Below are positions 50,391-64,000 of a stretch of 64,000 nt of DNA, piece after piece. The position numbers and the translations under genes were made by a program. The stretch is from the human T2T-CHM13v2.0 reference genome, Homo sapiens. Under the pieces are notes generated by a model. It made no database searches. It was not told where the DNA came from and saw only the letters and a program-made list of their open reading frames with translations. Location: assembly GCF_009914755.1 (NCBI RefSeq), contig NC_060944.1. The stretch is one strand, 5' to 3'. Within the stretch, counting starts at the first letter, position 1. Each line of letters begins with the position of its first letter.

Positions 50391-51479
50391 TGTTATCACC
50401 AGACACCCCAAGTATCACAATGGCTGTCTCCAGCTTTGGCACATTGATAGCTCGGACCTTCATTTATTCACTGGGTCCCTAGTGGGTACCATTCATTCAA
50501 TATCTGTGTGCCAGGTACTGAGATAAAGTTTTTTCATACATCATCACATCCAGTTCTCAGGACAACATGCAGGGTATTATTAGCTTCATTTTATAGCTGA
50601 GAAAACCGAGGTACAATGAGGTTAAGTAAATTATCTTAAGTCCCTCAGCTTAAAAATAACAAAGCTGAGATTCCCATCCAGAGCCACTTTAAAGCCCAAG
50701 CTCTATCCACAGCAAGCTTCACCCCAATTAGGTGAGGAGTATTTTCTCCTGCTGAGAAAAGGCCCAGCCATGTCCAGCCCCCATACCACCATTTCTCCTG
50801 AATCCTTCTCTTCCTTTCTGGTCTTTCCTGTTCCTTTATCTCTTGTTTTCAGGTTGGCTCCATGGAATTAACTGATGTCCCTTCAGTGTTCTAGATCCTT
50901 TCTTGGGTAAGTGGGCTATCCCTCTTATCCTCCAGACCTCCTTACCCTAGGGGCTGGGATCACTGTCTGCATACTCAAGACATCTTTGAATCTCCAAGTC
51001 CTTAAACACTCTCCAACTCATACCCACCCACCCATGATCTGGTCTCGTTCCACCCACACATGGCAGGTGCTTTGGTGGATTCTACTGATTCTGGCATTCT
51101 AGTGGGGAAGGAATCATGGAACCATTTCTTTGTAGCATCTTGCAGGTTTAGGACTGATCTTACTGGTGGGTCCCAAGCAAATTGAACTGCTTGATTTGTA
51201 CATAAGCATCAGGCCACAGTGTAAGCCCTGATTTACTGTGGTTAATATTTTAAAACTAAGATAGCATGCAGCAAGGACTAAGAGAGGGAATAATTAATTC
51301 TAGCCTGGCAGCGAGGGAGTGGGAGGGAGGTGGCAGCTCCTGCAGTCTCAGGGGGGCTCCACAGTAATAAACAAAACTGTAGCTTCCAGGTGGCAAAAAA
51401 TATAAGGGGAATGGATGGGTGCAGAAGGATGCTGTGCAACTCTATTTTAGAGTCAACATATCCAACTTCATGAGGATCA

Positions 51480-51810
<331 letters not shown>

Positions 51811-52792
51811 TCAATAAAGCATCAATGCTGGCACCATCTCTGGTGGGGACTCAGAAGCCACTATCAGTGAGTAGCAGATTCTCTCCATCCAACACAGGCC
51901 AAAAACAAAAAATAAAGTTAGACCACAACATAATGTGACAGAGGTTGTTGATGGAAAATGCCCTGGTATAGATTAGGGAGCATTAATTTTATACACTGGT
52001 TCCAAATGGAGCATTTAAATGACAAAATCTAAAGTGTTTTATAGAGAAGGAAGAGTAGGGGGCCTCGAGTCATTCAAACCTCATTTTAAATCCCATCTTA
52101 GATTCCAACTCCAGGTTCTTTTGAACCACTGAGTGTGCCGTGCCACCTCTGTGGCTGTAGACAATAGTCGAATTTCATGCACACATATATGAAATTCACA
52201 TAGGTGATATTTCAGGTAATGTAAGTGCTCTGAAGACAAATAAAGTAGGAGGAACAGAGAGAACGAAGGAGATACTATATTTGGACAGAGTGGGCATTCA
52301 TCTAAGAATTTTGGCTTTGGAACACAATTGAATTCTTTCTTGGCCCAAGCCTGTAGATCTTTTTAAACTACAAAGTAGACTTCATTTGGTGGCTGCAGGC
52401 AGGTGTACAAGCAGGGGAGAATTATTTCAAAAAGTCATTACAAATTTCACATGCTCCCATGCACTAACTGAGCGCTCTATGCATATGAAGTCATTTGCTA
52501 TTCACTCTGCCAAATGCAGTAGGTAATCTCAACATTTCCACTTACAAATGGGGAAACTGAGGTTCTAAGAAGTTACAAGGAATATGCCCAGAATATGGAA
52601 TATGACCATGCTAGTCAGTGGGGTGGCCATCCCTGGAACCTGCATGACCTTGGGGCAACGCTTCTGTGCTACTCCACAATGTCCCATGAGCCCTCCCTAA
52701 GTAGAGGAGCAGAGGAGGACAAGACAGGGTAGAAGCCCCCTGACTTTGGGGAGGCAGCAGCAAGAACCTACAGGGGCCTTTCTGGAACCCGG

Positions 52793-53430
52793 GTGTATTC
52801 ATTAGCTATTGCTCTGTAACAATATTACTGCAACCCCAGTGACTTAAAGCAACACACATTTCTTATCTCGCAGTTTTTGGGAATCACAAGTCTGGGCCCA
52901 GCATGGCAGGGCTCTCTCCTTAGGGTCTCCCAAGGCTGCTGTGCAGGGGTCAGCTAGGGCACATTTTCATCTGCAGCTTTCTCCACTTCCAAGCTCATTC
53001 AGGTTGTTTGTAGAGTTCACTTCCTTGCATCACCCTGAGGGCCCTGTTTCCTGGCTGGCTGTCATCCAGGAATCATGCTCAGTCCCTTACCACGTGACCC
53101 TCTTGGGGCAACTCACAACATGACAGCTGACTTCAAGCCCAGCAGAAGAATCTCTCTCTTCAGGAAGGGCCGGTCCTTCTTTTAAGGGCCTTCATCTGAT
53201 TAAATCAGGCCCAACCCAGGCAATCTCCTTTTTTACTTATCTCAAAATCAAGTGATTGGGAGCCTTAATTATACATGCAGGATCCATTTACGTTTCCCTA
53301 ATATCATAGCTAATCACAGAATGGCATCCTGTCATGCTCACAGGTGCCCCCCATGCTCAAGAGAAGGAGATGATAAAGAACTTGGGCACCAGGGCACAGA
53401 AATGCTGGGGGTCATCTCAGCATGGCACCC
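52793..53430 (-). mobile_element. MLT1-family LTR
   Basis: TGTATTCATTAGCTATTGCTCTGTAACAA...CAGTGACTTAAAGCAACAC. Confidence 0.75.
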
Positions 53431-54269
53431 TGCATGCCAGGAAAGCGTGATCCTGCTTCCTTCTGCCATTCTCCATGCCTCCCTCCAAGGCTGCAAGTGT
53501 TCCTGCCCTACAGAGAGCCTTGGTCCACATCACACAGCCAGAGGCCTTCCAAACGAACATTTCTTAGCCGCCAGGCCTCGTTCTGAACTGGGTAATTGTG
53601 ATGTTTGCAGACCCATCCACCTGCCTGAGTTGGGGCCTACATGCATTGTTCTGATCATGATTGCCTCAATCTACAATCATCCCTCCAGAGGAGGCTAGGC
53701 TCGCAGAGCCCTGGAAGAGCAGGCAGGGGGCTCTGGAGCATTCAGTCTTTCAGTGTTTGCCATTAGCGACCTGGGGAGTGATGCGAATGGCTTCAATTGC
53801 TCCGTGGAGCCAGCAATCACAGCAGGCTTTGGGGGTCCCTGACATGAGCTGGAGAAAAGCCTCTGTGAAGCAGCTGCCAGGGTAATGGAAATGCCCTGCT
53901 GCCTTGCTGCGCTTCCATGGAGCTGGGCAAGAGTCTAGGGCTGCGTGCCCTGCTCAAGAGAGGCCCAGTGTGAACTGCAGGGCCGACATGGGCTTTCCTG
54001 ATGAAGCTGTTCTTGCGCCGAAGAGAACTGCAGAGGCCTTGGCTGGGAAGGCAGGAATCAGTATGGGAGGGCAGGGTGGGTGCAGTGGGGGAAGTGAGGG
54101 CAGCATCTGTGTTCTGTGATTCACAGGCAACCTAGCAGTGTCTCCTGAGCCTCAGAGTGCATGGGGTGGCTCCGTACCCCAGCTGCTCATCACCCTCATC
54201 ATCTTCATCATGCACAGTTGCAGCCCCCGGGTCCATCAATATCCCCTCCTCCCTCTTTCTGCCACTCCC

Positions 54270-54830
54270 CATGTATTTACTGAGCATCTATTACATGCCT
54301 AGTGCTGCTCTGGGCACTGAGTAAACAGGGGTGAACATGCCAGGCAATATTTCCTCTCGGGGTGATTAAATTTTAATGGGAAGGGGCAGACATCAGTCAG
54401 ACAGATGGACAAGAAAAATATCAGATGGGGATGGTGGCTAAGTAAGAGATTGAAATAGGGTGAGGTGGTCGAGAGAGACGGGTCAGGGAAGGTCTCTCCA
54501 AGGAGGAGATGTTTATGCTGAGGCCTGATGACAAGAACGGCCAATCATGAGATGGTGTGATCAGGTGTTGCAGACAGTTCATGCCAAGCCTGAGGCAGGG
54601 GCAAGGTGGGTGCTTTCAAGACACAGCAATAGGCTGATGCTGTTGGAGAGAAGCGCAGAGGAAAGTGAAGTGTTAGGAGGGAGCCAGGTTAGCCAGGGCC
54701 TGCCAGCCTGCAGAGGAGACTGGCTTTTGTTCAAAGAGCCCTGGGGAGCCCTTGGAATTGTAACACGGAGATTGATACCATCTGATTTATCTTTCTACAA
54801 GATACTCTGGATTGGAGTGTAGCAAGGAGG
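54270..54830 (-). mobile_element. L2 LINE 3' end
   Basis: TATTTACTGAGCATCTATTACATGCC...GGTCAGGGAAGGTCTCTC. Confidence 0.75.
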
Positions 54831-56094
54831 TGGCTGCAGCTCCAGAGTATGACTATGGGTGAAGCAACCTAACCCAGGGAGGCAGCATTCCTTACTAGGG
54901 GATCCCTACTGGACAGTAATGGCCAGCGGGTGCGCACCATGGGAGCTGCTGGAGAACCCTAACTGCTGTCTCCACAGTCTCCGCCTGGAGCAGAAGAGAA
55001 GCTGATTCTAAGTCTGTTCCTAAATGCAGCAGAATGTATACGCAAGTGAGGAAGGATTCTCAAGTGAAACCTATGTAAGAAAGTGAGGGGGAAAGAATGG
55101 GGCGGGAGAAAGAAGCAAGCAAGGATGTGGTTGCAGCTGGAGACTAGCATCAGCTGATCCCAGAGGAGCCCTGGAGTGTGGATTGCATCACAGTTACTGC
55201 TGCCTTGACACTCGGAGTGCCAGGCTTTGGTAGCCCTGAACTGGTCAGTCATTCCAGCACAGAGTGGAGGTGTTAGAAACTCCCAGTAGGGGAGGGGGTT
55301 CCTGTGTCTCAAGGGCAAGGCTCAGGAGAAGTCACAGTTATAAACTCTAAGCCATGTGAAGCCTGGCATCTGGGGAACAGGTGCACTTGCTAGTGGAAAG
55401 TAACAGGAATCTGGGCAGAGCACCTCCAGCATCTGTTATAGTGGCCACGACTTTACTGAGAGAGGAGAGGGAGGATGCCTAGACTAAGAAAGTGTCCTGC
55501 TGCAAGAAAGCACAGGACCCACATTTCTAAAAGCAAATGAGCTAACAGGAGGCCTGTTACAGGAGGAACCTCTCATTGCCTACAGATGCTCTCCAAATAG
55601 TCAGCTCCCAGTATGCACTTAAAATAGGGATCAATTTATGGGCATTCCATTCATCCAGCTTCCCAGGAATAAGTTCATTGCATTCTGGAAGGTTATATCT
55701 AAATATCCATTTAGCCAGCATAAAAGGAGATTAGGATTAGGTGCACTTAATCAGTACATTAGAATCTTCTACCAAAGGTACCTGATCCTGTTTCTGAGAA
55801 TAAATGCAGAATAAACATGGCCTATTAGCAAGGAGTGGCTCTTCCTGTCCCCTGCTCTGTGATTGCAGAGAAGAAACCAGTAGCTAAGAAGTAGGGCCGC
55901 CTAACAGCTGCTTCTGTGATGGCCACAGCTTTGCTTAGGGGCACTGGCTTTACCGTTCAGCTGTGTAGCTCTTTAGAATGTAGATCAGTGGTTTCCAGAC
56001 CTTGCCTGCACATCAGAATGCCCTGGGATCTTCTAAAAATCCAGAAGCCCAGGTCGTATCCTGAACCAACTGAATTACAATCTCTGGGAATACT

Positions 56095-56750
56095 TTTTAA
56101 ATAAACTTTTTATTTTGGAATATTTTTAGAGTTACAGAAAAGTTGCAAGGGTGGTATACCTCTCACCCAATTTCCCCCATTGTTGAAACCTAACATTATC
56201 ATGATACATCAATTACAACCAAGAAACCAACATGAGTACATTACTATTAATCGACCTCCAGACTTCACTTGGATTCCATCAGCTTTTCAATTAGTGTTTC
56301 TTTTTTGTTCCAGGACCAATCTGGGGCACCACATTGCATTTAATTGTCATGTCTCCCCTGTTTTCTTTAGTTTGTGACAGTTCCTCAGTCTTTCTTTGTT
56401 GTTCATGGCCTTGAGAGTCTTCAGGAGCATTGACAGGGATCCTGTGGAATGTCATCCAATCTGGGTTTGTCTATTGTTCTTGTAATGGAACAAGACTAGG
56501 GTTGTTAGACTCGGGTTATGGGTTTTTGGAAAGAGTGCAGCTAAGGTAAAGTGGCCTACTCATCATTTCATGTCAGGGGATACAGTAGATCCATATGACA
56601 TTACTGGTAATATTACGCTCCGTTATTTGGTGAAGGTCATATTTGCCAGGTCTCTCCAATGTAAAGTTAGTATTTTTCCCTTTCCCTATTCTAATCTTTG
56701 ACTGAGTCTAGCTCACTGTCAAAGTATGGCGTGTGTAGAGGTGGGTGGAA
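56095..56750 (-). mobile_element. Old L1 3'UTR fragment (L1MC-like)
   Basis: TTTTATTTTGGAATATTTTTAGAGTTACAGAAAAGTTGCAA...CATTGCATTTAATTGTCATGTCTC. Confidence 0.7.
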
Positions 56751-57234
56751 ATCAGTCAGAAATCTATGAGACACATTTTTATGGCCACCAAACTATCTTC
56801 ATCTCTTTGCCTTAGTTCCCAATCACTGTTTGCAAACTTTCTCAAATGATCTAGGACTTTGCAGACCCCTCAGTTCCCTGGGATTGAGACAGCACTTCCT
56901 GACTGTTACCTTGGGTAAGTTATTTAGTTTTGTCTCAGCCTCAATTTCCTCCTCTGAGAAATGGGTATTGGTCAAATATCTATTTCTAGGAGTTATTGCC
57001 ATGACTAAGTTAGATAATGCCTATAAGGTTTTGACTATGGTGCAAACATTCAACAAATGTTCACTATCAATCATGTTAATAGTCGTGGTAATAATTGCCT
57101 TCATTACTCTGACCTTGTGTATCTGATCTCTAGGGCCACAATAATGCACCTCAGTGACATAAACCAGTAAGTTAGAACTTACATTTGGGAAAGAGAGACA
57201 TATTATAAAACTAAATCCACCAGGTTTATTTATT

Positions 57235-57480
57235 ATAAAGAAACACTTAGCACTTACTATATGCCCAGCACTGTTCAAATCATTTTTATAAATATTAACC
57301 CATTCCATCTTCATAAAAAGAATTCAAGGTAGGAACTATTATCACTGTTTTACCCATTAGGAAACTGAGGCACAGTGAGGTGAGGCAGCTTACCTAAAGG
57401 CACACAGCCAGTGAGTGGCAGAGCCAAGATTTGAATGTAGGCAGTTCGACTTCAGAGTCTACACTTGTAACCACTACATG
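57235..57480 (-). mobile_element. MIR SINE
   Basis: GAAACTGAGGCACAG...CACACAGCCAGTGAGTGGCAGAGCCAAGATTTGAA. Confidence 0.8.
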
Positions 57481-57583
57481 ATGCTATGTGGGATAAACAA
57501 GAAGTATAAACTGTGTGAGACTGTGTGAAAGGTGACTGGGTCTCATCAGGAGCAGGAACCCAGTGAGACATAACATCTGCTAA

Positions 57584-57910
<327 letters not shown>

Positions 57911-59117
57911 ATCATCTATTAAATCTTAAGCAAGCATATGCCAGACAGGAGAGAGGGGCCAGGGTTAGGAAAAGAGAGCTGAGGTGTTTGGAAAGATTGC
58001 TAAGGAACCTCCCAGTCTAGTGTGGCATCCTCTACAAAAGCCAGCTGGTATTAAGCATTCTCCCCCAAAGCCAACTAATATTAAATTTTCTTTCAGAGAA
58101 ATATCTCATTCTCTCTCTCACTGTCTATATCCTGCTCTCTCAATTTCTGAATGTGCCCTTGGGAATTCAGACGGTCTTTGGTTTTAGGGAGGTTGGAGCT
58201 GGCAGGGTGTCTCTTTCAATAACTGGAACTGATCGCCGGTATAAAAGAACCTGGACCACTCAAAGCACATCCTCATGCTGTGTCTTCCACAGTCAACATC
58301 AATCCACCCTCCTTCGCTTTTAGGTCAGGAGTTTCGTAAGGCAAAGGAAGTTTCTGATTGGGAGAACTTAGATTAGCTATCAAATTATATTTGGGGTAAG
58401 TGAATGTTCATTTCAAACTGGGGGGTCTAAAAAAAGTTTTGTTTCTGGGGCAGTGTGGGTTTCAAAGTATCGCATTTACAGTTTCACCCCGGGCGTGTGC
58501 CCAGATCCAAAGTCTTGCATCAGAATTCAACTACAAACTTCTGGGCGACAGAAATGCTATCTTCATCTTATACACACACACACACACATACTGACAATTC
58601 CCACACAATAAGTGCTCAACATGTGTCTTAAATGAATCTATAATTAGACTTATGATAAGGTGCCATAACTTGCTTATTTGTCACTGCATCTGTATTTGAA
58701 ATCCCAAGAACACATGTAAATCATAAGCTTTGTCCTTTCCTTTGTCCCATCTTGTCACCATATAAAATTATCTTTCTACCTCCAAAATTGGCAGGGAGGA
58801 AAAGCATCTTAATTCACTTCATGACTGAAATTTTAAACATACCTTTACCGAAGTCTGAGACTTCAAAGCTGTGTGCCCTTCAGCCCAGGTAACTAGTGAG
58901 TGTCCTCAAGCATTGACATTATTTAATGGAATTCATTTTATGCCTGAATATGTTGACTCCACTTCTGTCTAAAGTCTGCTGGGAAAACTTGGAATTCCAG
59001 TGGCTTCACGGAGAGCATATTGATTCTAAGCTGAGTCTGAGCTATTTCTGAGCCATTATGTTTCAAAGACAGGGTCTCACACTGAATTTTCCTGGTTTAG
59101 AGTAAAAGAGAAGATGG

Positions 59118-59195
59118 TGTGGGTGTATGCGTGTGTGTGTGCACGTGCGTGCATTCGTGTGCGAGCGCATCCTGCACACATCTGTGCATGTATGT
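59118..59195 (+). repeat. Degenerate (TG)/(CG) alternating tract
   Basis: GTGTATGCGTGTGTGTGTGCACGTGCGTGCATTCGTGTGCGAGCGCA. Confidence 0.8.
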
Positions 59196-61637
59196 GAGGT
59201 GAGGGGAGAAGGTGGAGAGAGAGATAAAAGGGGGTTGGCCTATTTATTGAGAGGGAGGGGAATTGCACTTACAAGGTTCTCCTTATCAATGAAGACAGAA
59301 TGATTGGCCGAGCCCAGGAAATTTTGACGTTTATCTAAAACGTCTTATGGAGAAGAAAGAAAAGAGGCAAACCACCCTGACAGTGGCAGGGGAATGAGTC
59401 CTATGGCTACCCACCATCCCCAGGGGCTCATCAGTACCCCAGCCCTCAGCCACAATGCACACACAGCCTCAGTGAAAACTACATGCTTGCTAAAAAACTC
59501 ACTTTGCAGACAAGTCTCCTAAACTTCCCACCAAATTGCCACCTTTTAATTTCACAGCCCCCTTGAAATCCAGAAAGAATAGATGTGCCCTTCAAGTGGA
59601 GAGAGAAGGACAGAAGAGGAGAATAAATATCACTAATATTCATTCTAAAGATGTGTTCACCAGCCGCTGGGTACAATATTCCTGTTAGGGCTCACATCGT
59701 TGGGCACAATATTTGTTGAGCATTTATTGTGTCCAGGCACTGTCCTGCATGTAGTTGCAATTTAGCATAAAGGTTAACAGCCTGAGACCTAGGGGAAAGT
59801 TATTTAACTTTCCTGTTTCTCCATTCTTCATGTGTAGAAAAGGGGTGATGATCATAACATTGTTATGAGCACTGACACACATAAAGAAGTTAGACACTGC
59901 TTGACATGATGTGAGTGATTCACAGATGTCAACTATGGTGTTTCTAAGCATGAAGATGGCCTCATGCGTCCAGTTAAGATCCATGTGACCCAAAAGTTAG
60001 AAAAGAACTGGCAATTTCTCGATGGCAAATGCAAACATCTTTTTTACTTCTTAAAGGATTTGGGAAGCTGCAGAGAGCACCCTAGTTCTTCCCAGAAGGC
60101 TGCCCCTGAGCTCTTATACTGATGACCAACAACAGAGTGGTCAAGTGGTGCCACCAACAACCACTTGTTCTGATCAGTGATGACATTTAGGGCCGGCCCT
60201 GTAGCAAACTTTTTTCTGGCTCCTGAAATGAAATGAGATGACGAGATTTTATTTCACCAGTGACATTCTTCCTGTCCTAGCCCACAACTTCAGTATTCCC
60301 TTTTAGACCAACACAGGCATTAAACTGGAAATACATTTCAGCTTTGATAGAGGAAAAGGCTAAGAATAGAATCATTGGTTGTTCCTGAGATGCCATGTGA
60401 AAAATTTAGATTAAGTCAGGCTTCCTTTTTTCCTCTTGGCCTATTTTCTTTTGGTAAAGGATGTGAAGAGAGCACCTTCCATGACTGATGCGCCTTCCAA
60501 GCATGCTGCATTTCTGCTCTACTTGCTGCCTGCTGCTTACTCATCCTGATAGTCCAACTGTCTCTAAAACTCCTAACATGAAAGAAGAGAAAAGAAATTT
60601 GACTGCAGGGTATGGAGGGCAGAGCTCGGAGAGAGGATGATGGCACGAAAGCAAACTTTTGAGACATACTCAGTAGGTCAGTTAGCTTTTGCTTTGTAAC
60701 AAATGACCCTCAACTTAAAACTTAGAGGCTTCAAACAACATTCATTTATTTAGCTCATGATTCCATAAGTCAGCAGTTTGGGCTGAGTTCAGCTGGACTC
60801 CCTTTGTAGTCTGTTGCTGGATCAGCTGGAGGGCTCGTTGGTTTAGAGTGCCTTAGCTAAGATGATTTCTCTCTGTTCCACAGGGTGTATCTCATGATCC
60901 ATTAGACTAGCCTGGGTTTGTTCACCTAGTGGTTGCATGGATACAAAGACGGATGGAGAACACTCCAATCTAATCATGTTGAGCCCATGCTTATGAGATA
61001 ATGAAACCTAAAAAGTTGTTCTCCCCAGCTGAATTGCATGGGAATTATCAAACACACATGTGTGCACAGAAGCCAACAAAAAGTATACTTGGCTTTAAGG
61101 ATAAGGGTACAGGGTGCAGGGAGACCCGGGAGACCCATAAAATAGTTTATAGCCAACCCCAACACCTCATGTAATTTTGCTGTTAACATTTTCCCTCCTT
61201 CAATGCAAATTATTTTATAGTGTTTTTTTCTGATTATAAAAGTAATTCGTGTTAATTGCAGAAAAATAGGCCAAGAGGAATATAACAAGGAAAATATAAT
61301 TAACCATAATCTCATGTGCAGAGGCAATAATTATGAATAATTATTTTATTATACATACGGCATAACATGACCTTGTTTCTATCTATATTTAAATATCCAG
61401 TAATACCATTTGTTATGTGCTATATGTCAGAATGTCTGCTAACTGCTTTATATGTATTAATTCATTTAATCCCCACAACAACGATCATTTTTGAGATGAG
61501 GAAAATGGGGCACAGAGAGGCTAGACATCTTGCCTGGGATCACACAGCAAGTAAGTAGTAGAGCCAGCATTCAAAGTAGTGCAGCCCCACTCCTCAGAGC
61601 ATTTTTGACCCTTAAAATCTGTACTATTGATCCACAT

Positions 61638-62945
61638 CCAATGTTACTCAAACATTAGTGTGCACTAGAATCCCCTGAAAGGCTTGTTAAAGCAATTTGC
61701 TGAGCATCATTTCCAGATATTATGATTCATTTGGTCTGGGGCCTAAGAATTTGCATTTCTAACAGACTCCCAGGTGAGGCTGATATTACAGGTTCATCAA
61801 CCACTCTGCGAATAACTCTGGTCACAGCAGTGTCAAGGTATGTACTGTTAATTCCGCTTCACAGATGAAAAAACAGAAGTTCAGAAAGATTCGATAAATA
61901 GGCCATGGACACACAGCTTGTCAAGTCTATGTTATATCCATTTTCCAGTTTACTCTCATGGAAAACAATAACAGCCAACGTTTACTTCATTTGATAGCTC
62001 GTGCCTTTCTTCTGGTGAGGCTATAGTGCTAAGGAGATAGTTCAGAAGTTAGATGCAGCCTCTCTGAGAGCCAGGTTTTACTGGGAGGTATGTGGATTGC
62101 AGCCACGCATTTGTTTGCTCATTCATTCAATCCCTTGGCAAGGAGCCCTAGCTGGGAAGCCCCATCGGTGATGGTTGGTGGTAGGATTCCTGCCCCCAGC
62201 AGCTTCCACATGCTGATACTGAAGTGACTGTTTCTGACTGAAGGAATGACAATCTCATCAAGTGAAGTATGAACAGAAAAAAAAAATGGCACAAAGATGT
62301 TACCTTTTGAAGCTATTGACGGGAACCTGTTCCAAAGACCTCTGTGCTATTTTCTAACAGCAAAGAGACTGGTATTATTTTGGCGGGTTCCTTACAAGAA
62401 AAAAAATAACCCTCCTGTGATGGCAGAGCCTCTGTGATGTCTGCCTAGATGGAGTGTAGCTTTTGCAGCCATGTAGGACCAGCTTGGAGCTCTCTGGGTG
62501 TCCATCCTTCCTGCTCAGTGCGGGCCACAGACAATAGCATCACTGTGCAACTTGATAGAAATGCTGATTCTAAACCCCACCACAGGCTGACTGGACTAGA
62601 ATCTCTAGATTTGGAGCCCAGGAATCTGTGTTTTAATAAGTTCTCCAGGTGATTTTTAGAAGCCCTAGTCTAACAAGAACCCTGCAAAGCTAATTATTTT
62701 GCTTCCCAAGGAGAACAGCTAACCCTCTGGAAAGTTAAAACCCTTTAGGTCTAGTGTTAGACCTAAAGGTCTACTCTTCTCAAACTTTAGTGACCATCAG
62801 GATCACCTGGAGAGCTTATTAAAACATAAATTCCTGGGCCACACCCTCAGAGATTCCAATTCAGCGGATCTAGGGTGGAGCTCATGAATATGCATTTCTA
62901 GTAAGTTCCTGCATATGCTGCTGCTGCCTGTCCTGGACCACATTC
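61638..62945. mobile_element. Cluster of three MER5-family elements (about 61638-61820, 62510-62660, 62772-62945)
   Basis: Repeated AATTTGCATTTCTAACA..CTCCCAGGTGA and GAATCTGTGTTTTAATAAGTTCTCCAGGTGAT motifs. Confidence 0.75.
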
Positions 62946-63602
62946 CTAGACTCCTTTAGCAACATCCTTCTTAAAGAAAAAAAACTGATTGCAACTGTCA
63001 GACCTTTTCAAGATCTCTGTTTCCGTCATTCCCTTTCAAAATTATATTTTCTTATTTAGGGAACTCAGTTTCTTCAGAAAACTACTTACTTTTTAAACTT
63101 ATTTTTCAATCAAAGTCCACAAACTATGTTAAAATAGAACTGGTTCTGGTCGTCCAGGGCATTTCTGAAAGAGCTTGTTGAGTGTAAGTAAATGGAAGAG
63201 GTATGGTATGGCTTCATGATTTCCTGTTCAGGAGACTTTAATCACCTTCCATCTGCTTAGAACCAGAGCTCTCATGATACACATTGTGGGGGACTAAATT
63301 TTCTGAGCACATTAGTCAAGCCCTGCAAAAATGACACCCAAATGATCACAAGTGGTCTCCAAGTCCCCTGAGGAAGAAACCTTAAAGTATTTATCTCTAG
63401 TCTTAAAAACCCTCAGTATCTTAACCCACAGTCTCTAGGATGCTAACGCTTAATGGGCAAAGTATGTAAAGAATTTTTTAAATTACTCATTGGACTCTCC
63501 TGTAAGTATTAACATGCTCAAATTAATTTGATATATATTGCCTTAAATAGTCCAAGGAAGATTGGTGCCAAAAAGCTTCATGAAACAATTAAAAAACACA
63601 CA

Positions 63603-63937
63603 CAGTCATGTGCTATGCATTTTGATCAATGATGGATAGATGGGTGGTCCCATAAGATAAGAATACCAGATTATTACTGTACCTTTTCCAAGTTGAGATA
63701 TCTTTAGATACGCAAATACTTACTATTGTGTTATAGTTACCCATAGTATTCAGTACAGTAACATGCTAAACAGATTTGTAGCCTGGGAGCAATAGGCTAT
63801 ACCATATAGCCTAGGTGTATAGTAGGCTATCCCATCTAGGTTTGCCTAAGTACACACTATGATGTTTACACAACGATGAAATCACCTAATGACGCATTTC
63901 CTAGAAGGTATCCCCATCGTTAAGTGACGCATGACTG
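63603..63937. mobile_element. Tigger3-like (Golem/MER7) TcMar element
   Basis: Terminal inverted repeats CAGTCATG...CATGACTG followed by TA. Confidence 0.85.
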
Positions 63938-64000
63938 TATACTCCAATTTAAGATCCCAGCACCATGTCAAACAAAAAATGTTATAAAGATGTGTGAGAC

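Noticed and set aside
52141-52158. CTCF-like AGGTGGCAC on the minus strand
   Set aside because: The 5' half does not match the consensus spacing
52170-52197. 9-bp AT-rich inverted repeat GAATTTCAT/ATGAAATTC
   Set aside because: Short and AT-rich; compatible with chance

Overview
Human (primate) genomic DNA with no protein-coding exon in the window. I recognise 31694-31842 as the non-coding first exon of SNAP25 (+ strand, chr20p12, from memory of the mRNA 5' end). The window therefore holds about 31.7 kb upstream and the first about 32 kb of the long intron 1; the ATG-bearing exon 2 lies beyond the window. The promoter sits in a CpG island. It has a TATA-like box, a perfect CRE, GC/EGR boxes, and an upstream CArG/MEF2/AP-1/half-CRE module bracketed by two microsatellite plus G-quadruplex units. 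Tandem RE1/NRSE (REST) sites lie about 0.65 kb into intron 1, where the antisense lncRNA SNAP25-AS1 probably initiates. The rest is mostly Alu, L1, L2, MIR, MLT/LTR and DNA-transposon relics; repeat family calls and many boundaries are by eye. I find no novel multi-gene system. The best leads are candidate short cassette exons in the 5'UTR intron (notably a 35-nt exon behind a T47 tract), the non-B-DNA bracket around the promoter module, the convergent sense/antisense layout around the RE1 pair, and an interstitial telomeric insertion.
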